A stretch of DNA of 57,648 nt from Pelomyxa schiedti (taxonomy: Eukaryota; Protista; Evosea), in assembly GCA_020536535.1 (NCBI GenBank), contig JAHLWZ010000892.1, positions 1-57,648 of the forward strand, in the 5' to 3' direction. Under the pieces are notes generated by a model that did no database searches, was not told the origin of the DNA, and saw only the letters and a program-made list of their open reading frames with translations. Positions 38,104-48,264 of this stretch are shown one piece after another (the first letter of the stretch is position 1; each line of letters starts with the position of its first letter). The position numbers and the translations under genes are program-made.

Positions 38104-41100
38104 ATGAGTGGATCCGTATCCACGTGCGATGTTGCGATTGTGGGAGGAGGCGTAGTTGGCTGTGCTTTGGCTCGTGAGCTATCGCGACTCGCATCCCTGC
38201 ACATTATTGTTTTCGAAAAAACAGACATGGTTGGGTGGGTTCTTTTCAAAGGCAAAGCCAAAATCGAATGGGCATTCTGTGGGGGGGTTTTTTTGTTGAG
38301 AGTTTCTATGTTTTTACTGCAGGATTCATTGTTGACCTTTTGGACAGGTCTGGAGCTTCAAAGGCGAATTCGGGAATTCTGCATGCTGGAACTGACACCC
38401 CCTTGACTACTCTGAAAGGTAGGCTGACATCCAGAGGAAATGAGCTCATAAGAGAGGCTGCTAAGCACCTCCACTTTGGACTAAAGTACAATTTTGCTCA
38501 GTTGGATACCATTTACTGATGGTTTTAGGATGATTGGAGCACTTGTAGTGGCAAGGTTACCACCCGAAGTTGAAGAACTGCACAAAGAAATGGCTAACTC
38601 TGCAGAGAAGGGGATTCCTGTTGAATTTTGGGATCATGACAAATTGTTACTGGTACCGGGTTCCAACATAAGCACTTTCCTCTCACATCTTAAAAGGAGG
38701 AGCCTAACCTTTCCCCTGCGCTTGTAGCTGGCATGTTTACTCCACTCTGTGGGGTTCTCAATCCTTATGAACTATGTTTTGCTCTGATGCTATGTGCGAT
38801 GCAAAATGGTGCCGAGTTGAGGACAAATTCAACGGTTGTTGGCATTAATCATACTGACAATGCCAAGTGCGTTACTCTTTTTCTTGAAGATTGTCCCTTT
38901 TCTGCATTCCACCCACTGTAATTACAGTTACCCTCTCCAACTTGTCACTTCGGATGGTGAGCAGGTCATGACGCGTTTCATTCTCAATTGTGCTGGTGTG
39001 CACACTGATACCATAGCAAAGCTTGCCGGGACTGACCCTGATTTTGTTATTGTCCCACGGAAGGGTGAGGAGTATCTGTTAGACAGGAATGTTACCTATG
39101 GACCCAAGCGTGTTATTTATCCTGTACCATCAAAGGTTTCATTTCTCACTGAGAAATTTTCGAATGACAATATACTAGGTGTCCAAAGGGATTCTGTGCA
39201 TTCCAACAGGTTTCTTATATAAAAAACCCCTTTTTCTTTGATATCCTCTTCCACAGTGGATGGAACCTTGATGGTCGGCCCCACTGCCGACGTAGTTGAA
39301 GATCCAGAGGATACCTGCACCACTGCAGATGGGTGCAAAAGGGTCAGTACTTAAACAATCTGCCCAGTGAGTAGTTAAGGTATCCCAAGGTTTTTGACTT
39401 TGTGAGAACAATGTGCCCCAAAATCTCTGAGCGTGACATTATTGCTTCTTTTGCTGGAGTTCGTGCTGCCGTTAGTTGTGGAGACTTCATCATAGGACCA
39501 ACGAAAGTGAAAGGGTAGAGAGTTCCAAAAATCTTCTTTGAATCGCAATAACCACACTCAGATTTATCAATGTGGCTGGAATTCAATCACCAGGTCTCAC
39601 TTGTGCTATGTCAATAGCAGAATATGTAAAAGGTACATGAATCTGCCTACATATAAAATTCATGACCATTATATCAGGAATCCTGGTAACTGAGGGACTA
39701 CATGCAGAACCAAGACTGGACTGGCAGGAGGATATCAGTCCCATGCCAAAGTTCTACTCCCTGCCACTTGAAGAACAAGCAAGGCTCGCGGATGTTTCAA
39801 CCCCTAAAGGCGCACTATTTTCAAGTATCCTCTTTCCCCTCAAGTATCCTTCTTTTCCCAACAAAAAAAAAAAGAGGTGGTCTGTAGATGTGAGGTTGTT
39901 ACTGAAGGCGATGTACATGCCGCCATTGACCAGGGTGCCAAAACTGTTGATGGTGTCAAATTCCGAACACGTGCAGGCTGTGGCCGGTGCCAGGGCGGCT
40001 TTTGTACCTCACGTACTGGTGTTCGTCTTTTTTGCCTTGAATGACAACTAATCAGGAATCCTGGAAATTCTATCTCAACGAACTGGAATTCAAATAGAGG
40101 AGCTCACCAAATGTGGCCCTGGGTCTACATTAGTTAATGGTGAACACATTGCTGTTTTGACCGTAGACAGACCATTTCCCCTGCAGGTTTCTTGAAAGAT
40201 AGACTATAACCTTTTCCCATCTCACTTTATGACATTTTCTCTTCAGCCCCCGTTATCTGCAAGCACCGTTATCCCCACAAATGTTGATGTTGTTGTGATT
40301 GGAGCAGGCCCTGCAGGTCTTGCAGCAGCTAGTGGTGCCCGTGATGCTGGTGCCAGCCATGTATGAGTAGCATTTCTTTTTATGGAGTTTTTTGATTTTT
40401 CCCTCAGGTCTTAGTTTTTGATAGGGAAGCTTCTAGTGGTGGAATTCTCAATCAAGTTGATATAACCTAGCTTGCACCTTATTTTTCCCTTAAAATCTTT
40501 TCCTAGTGTATTCACTCTGGCTTTGGTCTTCACCACTTCAAAGAAGAGTTAACTGGGCCAGAATACGCTGAGAGATGGGTTGCTACTGCCCGTGCAAAGG
40601 GAGCTCAGGTACTCCCTACCTGCATATTTCTGTAGCTTACCGTCTTTCAGATCATTCCCTCTGCATTTGTCCTAAAGGCCCAAAACCTTGGGAAAAAGGA
40701 AAAAGTCATTAATGCTCTTGTTGGCGGTCTTGGTGTTGTGCAAGTGAGTCACAGTCCACATCCATTAAGATCTTACATCAACCAGGTCACAGCAAAATCG
40801 ATAGTGCTCGCCATGGGGGCACGAGAAAGAACGCGGCCTCAGGTTAGAATTCCTGGCACCAGACCCGCAGGTATGACAAGACAATAGATCTAACCTTGCC
40901 GTTGACACTTGTTAAGGAGTGTATCCTGCCGGTTTAGCACAAAAGCTCATGAACATATATGGAAAGGTTTAATGAAATATATTCTTGTATATATTCCTAA
41001 CCACTGGCTAAAACAAAAGCTTCCTGGCAAGAGATGTGTCATCCTGGGTTCTGGTGACATTGGGTTAATCGTGTGTTTCCTTTGTTATTCGTTAACCAAG

Positions 41101-42932
41101 TTAATAAATTTAAGATGGCACGGCGCATGAAACTTAGCGGAGCAGATGTAGTGGGAGTCTTCGAAGTTTTGCCTACTTGCAGGTTTCATTACCGAGTTTA
41201 GAGAAAACTAAAATTGTTTCAGTGGTTTGAATAGGAATGTTGTGCAATGTCTCTTTGACTACAAGATTCCTCTACACCTCTCCCATACAGTAGTAAAAAT
41301 CTATGGTGTGCTTTTTTTGGTTTGACCCTTTTTGACGAGTTTAGGGAAAAAGAGAATTGAACGTGTTACTGTGGCACCAGTTGGCCCTGGTCCCAATTTT
41401 GTCCCTGATATGAGCAAGGTACCCAATAATAAACATGTGTAAGGTCTAAATGATCACCAGGCTTGGGACATTGACTGTGACTCTCTTCTGTTTTCTGTTG
41501 GTCTTATCCCAGAGAATGAGCTCACACTGCAACTTGGAGCTTCTATTAACCCCTCTACAAGTGGTGCCATTGTGGACAGTAACCTTCAGACAACACTGCC
41601 CGGGGTTTTCTCTTGCGGCAATGGTGCTGAGTCTTCGACCTAATTCTTATTTAACTGATTTATAGTACTCCACATACACGACCTGGTGGATAACGTGTCA
41701 GAGGAAGGGAAATTGGCAGGTAGAAATGCAGCTCTTTACGCTGCGGCTACGGAGAGTAATGAAGGAACACCCACACCTGGCACCAAAACTGTATCACTGG
41801 TGGCTGGTGATAATGTTAGGTTGATAACATGCGTTATGTCGTTTCAATATCTTTAACTTCCTGCAGATATGTACTCCCTCAAACTGTAACCATTCCTGCG
41901 GATCTACCCGCAGACTCGAAACTGACAGTAAATGTTTCACTCAGGGTGAAGCAAGCACTCTCCGGACCTTGTATCCAAATTCCCGAGGTGTGAAAAATCT
42001 CTTATAAGTATTACAGTCTTATTCCACAAAGATTGCCTTCCAAGAGAGACATCAAATTGCAATCCCTTCTGAAATGGTCATACTAAAAGTACCCTTAGTC
42101 AAACTTAGTGCAGTATCTTCTACCTCAGCCATTTCTGTTGTAGCTTCAGGTTTAATACCTACCTATGGAACAATTGCACTGACGGAGAACAAGGAACTCC
42201 AATCACAAGTGAGCAGTTAGCTAATACAGTCAATCCTGTTAAAGCTCTTGATGATGCCCACAAATACTACATATGCTTGCGGTGCCCCAACGGGTGCCCT
42301 CTTGTACTAACCCCAGTAAGGACGCTTCTAATAGTATGGTAAAATGTTAATACCCATGTTTCAGAGTGCCGATGGGAATCACAAGGTGACAGGCAATAAA
42401 TGCAAGGTACTCTCCATCTCTCCAGTGTGACCCTCAAATAAATGGGGAAAAAAAAAAAAACCATTTAGCGAGGAATTGAATATGCCCTCTCGGAGTACAC
42501 GGCTCCCATGCGGACAATTTCAATGACCATACCTATTGCCAATGCAGAAATTGCCAAGCTTCCTTGCAAGTTGTCCGCCGCAATCCCTAGAGACAGTATG
42601 CTCTCTGTCCCACAATTCCCACCTTCTCTTCAGTGCACTAACGGCCACACTCCCCAGGATTGCTCGAAGCCGCGGCAGTGATACAAAACCTGCACGACAT
42701 CCAAGCCCCAGTCCACATGGGCGATGTCCTAATAGCAGACTTCCTGGGCCTACCAGGTGTATCCGTTGTAGCCACCAGGTCCCTAGCAGCTCTTGAAGGG
42801 TCACCCAACACCAGCACCGATGCAACAACAGCTTCAGCAACATCCACAACACCATCATGCACAACAACGGCGTCAATTCCTCCCAACCCATCTGCAGAGC
42901 TTCCAGCCAACAGTTCCCACTCTTCATCGTAA
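38104..42932 (+). CDS. Fusion: FAD-dependent glycerol-3-phosphate dehydrogenase-like (GlpA/LhgO) + BFD-like [2Fe-2S] + pyridine nucleotide-disulfide oxidoreductase + DUF1667 CxxC domain
   Basis: [49 protein letters not shown]; CRCE...[14 protein letters not shown]; [56 protein letters not shown]; CLRCPNGC...GNKCKRG..YA...APVHMGDV. Confidence 0.9.
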
Positions 42933-42940
42933 AACATTCC

Positions 42941-42979
42941 TATTGGCCTGACGATTCAAGTTCAGCAGAGGGTGTTGGT
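42941..42979 (-). repeat. Left copy of a ~40-bp inverted repeat (partner at 45134-45173)
   Basis: tattggcctgacgattcaagttcagcagagggtgttggt is the reverse complement of the partner with 1 mismatch and 1 indel. Confidence 0.9.
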
Positions 42980-43332
42980 TTTGAATGCCAGTTTCTCTGA
43001 AATCTGTCCGTTTTTGGTTGTTGAAACCTTTTTGGGGTTCCCTTAGAGAAGAACGAATCTGTGCCTCTACGGGCGCACAGCTCCCCACACTTCCAGGACC
43101 CGGCAGAGGATGTGACCGCAGCTGTGGCAGTCCTCTGAATGTTCGCACATGCACTGCCAAGACCTGAATTAAGGGGAAAACAATCAGTTGCCCGAACAAG
43201 AAAAAAAAATCACATCCGATGACGAGGTGGCCCGGGGTCGTGACCAAAACAAACAACACACAGACGGGGGCCGGTGGCGGAAAGCGTACAGCAGGTTGTC
43301 GTCTGCTTTTTATAAAACTCTATATTATTCGC

Positions 43333-43378
43333 GTTTTGTTTTGTTTTGTTTTGTTTTGTTTTGTTTTGTTTTGTTTTG

Positions 43379-43409
<31 letters not shown>

Positions 43410-43610
43410 GTTTTGTTTTTTGTTTTGTTTTTTGTTTTGTTTTTTGTTTTGTTTTTTGTTTTGTTTTTTGTTTTGTTTTTTGTTTTGTTTTTTGTTTTGT
43501 TTTTTGTTTTGTTTTGTTTTGTTTTGTTTTGTTTTGTTTTGTTTTGTTTCGTTTCGTTTCGTTTCGCTCCGTTTCGTGTTGTTTCGTTTTGTTTTGTTTT
43601 GTTTTGTTTG
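43333..43610. repeat. Compound microsatellite: (GTTTT)n, central 12-mer (GTTTTGTTTTTT)n, then degenerate GTTTC units
   Basis: Directly visible. Confidence 0.97.
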
Positions 43611-43806
43611 TCTTGTATCGTTCTTCCTTAGTCTTGTGTTAAACTTACTGTTGTGTTCCATTTCCTCACGGCAACATAGGGCTGATTCCCTGCGGCACTC
43701 AGTCAGTCTTCCGAACCAAGCCAGAGCTACAGGTATCTTCTCTGTTTTTCTTTTTCGAGTTCTCACACTTTATAATCAGGTCGTGTTGCAACTTGTCATC
43801 GCCACG

Positions 43807-44726
43807 GTAAATCCACCTCCCCCTCTCCCTTTGTATTATCCCCAACCATGATACGTAGGTACCCAGACCCAGGTTCCAGTGTTGCACACCACAGCCCTTT
43901 CCTGCATTTCCGGCACTTTGAACAGTGATGCTGGTAGGTGGCTTCTTTTTTTTCTTTCCCAGGCAGCCCACATATTATTCAGGTGGCGGACCTGCCGACA
44001 ATCTATCACCAAGGTGCATTCCCTCTCCCTTAACTTATCACCACTCAACAACAACAGGACAATGGACGCCACTGACAAACATAGTGCATGCCAGGCTTTA
44101 CCCGCCTTCACCTGTTTCACCTCGGCACTAACACCCCTTGCTCTTGCTCTTGCACACCAACACTCCCGCTCACTGGGCTCCTACACTCCACTCTGCCGTG
44201 TTCCCAACTTACACTCACTCCACCCAGCTGGTGCCTGGGAAGTTGGGTAGGTCCCCTTGTCTTTCCTCTTTCTTCCTCTCACGTTTTCCACAGACTAAAG
44301 CGGACCTTTGGAAACTGTTCCTCACTGACTTGGAATTCGGTTTGTACCCACCATAGCCTTCCCTGGTCCCACTCACATGCTGGCAGGCACCCGGAATGAC
44401 CAAGCTTGGAACAGCGATGATGCCAATAGATGTTACCCATTGTAGTCAGCTGTTGCCCACTCTGATATAGGCAAGTTGTCCACCAGTGGATGAGGTGGCA
44501 AGTATGGAGAGCCTGCCACTGATGAGATGACACCCTGTCACCAAGGTAAATCCCCCTTCCTTTGTATCATAACCCCACTCAACCATGATAGGTTGCGTTG
44601 GTACCCAAGGCTCCCAGCATTGCACACCACCGCGCATTTCTGTATTTCTGGCACCTTGTGATACTGGTAGGATGGCCTCTTTTCTCTTTTTCCGCGTCTC
44701 ACATACAATTTTTTTAGGTGGCGGAC
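43807..44726 (+). pseudogene. Degenerate tandem duplication of an intron-exon-intron unit (43807-43991 and 44546-44726)
   Basis: Shared gtaaatcc...ttgtat...caaccatgata intron, exon LHTTALSCISGTL vs LHTTAHFCISGTL*, shared aggtggcggac; indels break the frame. Confidence 0.6.
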
Positions 44727-45125
44727 TTTTCACCTCACATCCACACCGGCCACAGAACCCGCTGCACGCCTGGGGCACAGTTGTCAACCCACAGGGAGTG
44801 CGTGAAGCTGCGCGGTGCATGGCACCCTGGGGTCCGTGGTTACAGTAATAGATCAAGTTCTATTTATTTTCTTCTGTTCTTTTCTAAGGGAGAAAAAAGT
44901 GGTTCTCTACGGAAAAAATTATGCGAACAGGACTCACACCAACTTGGACCGACCGGGGTGTGCTAAAGTCTTCGAAACAGTACAACAACCAGTCAATGTC
45001 AAAAAAAACCTGTTACTTCTTACGCACCCACAAGCAACCGGGGTGACTCGAACATATTTTACCAACAGTAAAAAACCCGTTGCGTACTGGATCCAATACC
45101 ACGGCTATTATAATTTCATTACCAG

Positions 45126-45617
45126 TTGCCTAGACCAACACCCTCCGCTGAACTTGAATCGTCAAGGCCAATACCAGGAAAGAACTTAGTGGATATGGAT
45201 TTCGTTGTTTTTGTGGAATTCCCAAACGCCTTGTATGGCAATTCGGTCAATGACGATGAACAAGAACCAGATAGCAAGAAAAATAAAAACAGGAGGGCGA
45301 CACACCCATCACATCGAATCAAACCGCAACACAACAGCTTCACCATTGCATTTAAAACAAAACTAAAAAAAAATAAAATACCGCCGGGTGGGAGTGTCAG
45401 TGAGAGAACTTCTACGTTGTTGTTTTTTGAGCTCCGGTGCGTCGAATACCACTACGATTACCCTAAAATGGACTACTTCCTGGCCAACATCGCCAAGGAG
45501 GTGAACAGTTGTGCGTCGACGGAAAACATCGGCCAGTTGTTGATGAAGACCTTTGAGAAAGAAGAGCAGAGACAGCGCACTCACATTCGCAACACGAACG
45601 CACGAGCTCAGCAACAA

Positions 45618-45652
<35 letters not shown>

Positions 45653-47242
45653 GCAACAAGTTCAGGAGGAGCAAAAAGAGCAGTCTACATTGGCAGGTGA
45701 TGCTGATGCAGGAGGAGAAGCTGAAAAGGATACAGGAAAGGACAAGGAGCACAACGGCAGCGCCAATTCGGACACTGCTTTATTGTTAGCCTCTTTTTTT
45801 TTTTTGCCTCTCGCCCTTTGTTGTCTATTGTTAACTCACTTCACAACAGGGATCAAATTTCTACCCTAAAGCAGGAGAATGACGACCTTAAGGTTCAGTT
45901 GGCTGCTGCTCGTGCAGAGATAGAGAAGATGCGGGCAACTTGCCGTTGTTCACAATCTACTGCTGAGAATAAACCACCTGCATCAAGCACATCACCACCC
46001 AAACGCTACGACTCCTTGAAGCCCCCCGTTGTAGAAACAGTGGGGCGACCAAGTTGTCCAGTCACCTTTGTCCCCCCTCTCCCCTTGCAAATGCTACCAA
46101 TGACAATACCCACGGTGACTCTCACGCCGGCCGCATCTGATGGCAGTGGTACCACAAAAACTGTACCCCTTGACATTGCCGCAAGCTGTAACTCTTCTCC
46201 AAGTTCACAATCACGTTGTGATGGGCTACTTCCACCGGCAGTCCAACAAAGTCCACGATTCCTGTCACAAGAACCAACTACCCCAACGTCACGAAACTCC
46301 TTCAACTCCCCACGAGATGATTCCACAACACCCCCGTTGTCTCCAAGTGGTTTCAGTAGGAAAGCGCGCCAGAGTGTACGGCGTATGCTGTTACTGTCCC
46401 TGCACACTCTTTCCATTCCGCCTGATGAAACTGATCCCGGTTTGTCAACAGCAACTCGTCTCAAAGAACAAGTGGGATCGTGTCTCTCGCAAAATTCGAT
46501 AAGCCCTGCCACATTTCGCCAGATTGCTGATGTAGCCAGTCGGAACGAGGTTCCAAATCACGATTCGACAGACAACTCTAACGAGAGTAATGCCTCTGCC
46601 AACGGCAGCAGTTCCACTAATAGTGATAACACACCAACAATTACCATTAATCCACCTGTAAGCAACAGTCCAAACTCTAAACTACTAAACAGCAACTCCG
46701 GAGGGCTTAACAGTTGCCCTTTCAACTACCCTGCTGGCCTTCCGGCAATTCCCAACATCCACTCGCATTACGCACACCCGACTTTACCTGCACTCAATCT
46801 CCCCAAGACAACCATTTCTCCTCCCCCAAACAACATGTTCACAAACAACTTGAAAAATATGTATAGCAACAACATCCCGGAACCACACTCCGTGCATCCC
46901 CTTGCCCCACTTAAAACACACACCCACACAGACAAAGCAGACTACCCTTCCCTTACCAGCCACAAAGGCCCAGTAAGGCTTGAAAAGCTTTCTGTGCCTA
47001 GAGCAACACAACAATACAAAACCGCGTATCCGGCAACCACTACAAAGAATTCACATCCAGGCACATCAGCACTGCCTGGCCATTCTGATAGGACCACTGG
47101 TTCCTATCAACGAGGTGGCAAAGTGGGCATAACAGTGCGTACTCTTAATGGCAATGCATATACCCTATCTATATATATTTCCTCTCCCACAGTCATTCCA
47201 GTCCCACTAACTTTTCGACAGAACCCACGTACTGTACCATGA
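45126..47242 (+). CDS. Hypothetical low-complexity protein (poly-Q, coiled coil, long S/T/P/N-rich region); start uncertain
   Basis: Two long ORFs (247 and 474 aa) probably joined by a short intron near 45786-45850; coiled coil DQISTLKQENDDLKVQLAAARAEIEKMR. Confidence 0.55.
45134..45173 (+). repeat. Right copy of the ~40-bp inverted repeat (partner at 42941-42979)
   Basis: accaacaccctccgctgaacttgaatcgtcaaggccaata. Confidence 0.9.
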
Positions 47243-47380
47243 GGAAGACAACGGAAAAAAACTGCAGTTTTCCCAGGTGTTGTAAACAAGTGAAACAATA
47301 AAAGATTTAATTGTCTTTTATTACAAATTTGTCTTCAATTTTCTCCTTCAGTGACACAAGGCCTTGTTGGTACACCGACT

Positions 47381-48011
47381 ATGACAGATAACGAAACCCC
47401 AAGTGCGTCCATCACCACCGCATCCTAATATTAGTAGCTAATAACCAAAAAAACTGTCCCTAACACATTAGAGACAATAGTTCAACAACAACGGCAAATC
47501 CAAAAGGATGCGGTTACGGAACAACAACAGCAACAGCAAGAGGTCGCCACTACGATAGCAGGTTCACCTGAAGATCTTAGTGTCAGTGAGAGACAGGGAA
47601 GGTGCTGCTTGTGTCCGGCAGTACCAAGGTGGGTCCAAGTGGTTGTTGGTGTAGCCCTCGTGGTCATTGGGATGGTGGGAATCTTTGTGCCGTTGATGCC
47701 TGACGTGGCTCCCCTGCTGGTGGGAATCTTCTTGCTGTTCCCTCGGGATTCAAGGGTAACCAGCAACACTTTTTTTTAGCTTCACAATCACAGCTGAGAG
47801 TCTTGATTTGTAGGTTGGAATGAAGATAAGAGACTGGGTAACCAGGACGAGAAGTAAGATTGGTGGAGTGCTGCACAGAGTGATGTGCTGCTGTGGATCT
47901 GGGACACCGGAACTCCAGAGAGAAAGAACAGATCCGGCGGAAAAGGGTTTGAGCATTCCCGTAATTATGATTGGCCTGACATCGAATTTAGATGAGGAAC
48001 CGGGACCGTGA
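47381..48011 (+). CDS. Small membrane protein with hydrophobic hairpin (DUF454/YbaN- or PGPGW-like)
   Basis: Not called on this strand by the ORF track: WVQVVVGVALVVIGMVGIFVPLMPDVAPLLVGIFLLFP; two GT-AG introns join ATG 47381 to TGA 48011. Confidence 0.55.
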
Positions 48012-48264
48012 AAACTGCCATAAAGCCCCAGATGATGTTGAGACAATGAGCATGAGGGATGATAAAAATATGATTCTACTTTTCAAGTCCCTGATGGTTG
48101 TGTTTTTGTTGTTTTTGATTCAAGCAGCCAGATCGATAGGTCGACCTACCTTCGTTACCTGCCAATCAAAAGAAGTAATCACAAAATTACGTTTCCACAA
48201 AACAAAACAAAAAAAATAACACGAACAGCATACGCGTAGATCTCCTCTTTGTTGTGGTTTGGTG

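Noticed and set aside
38104-42932. Bacterial contamination or endosymbiont insert
   Set aside because: More than 20 spliceosomal introns, host-like composition and contiguity with the primase gene
43333-43610. Possible telomeric array or CRISPR-like repeat
   Set aside because: Internal position, mixed 5- and 12-nt units, no unique spacers and no cas genes
43188-43851. Long ORFs rich in FVLFC or KQNK
   Set aside because: Translation artefacts of the stop-free GTTTT microsatellite
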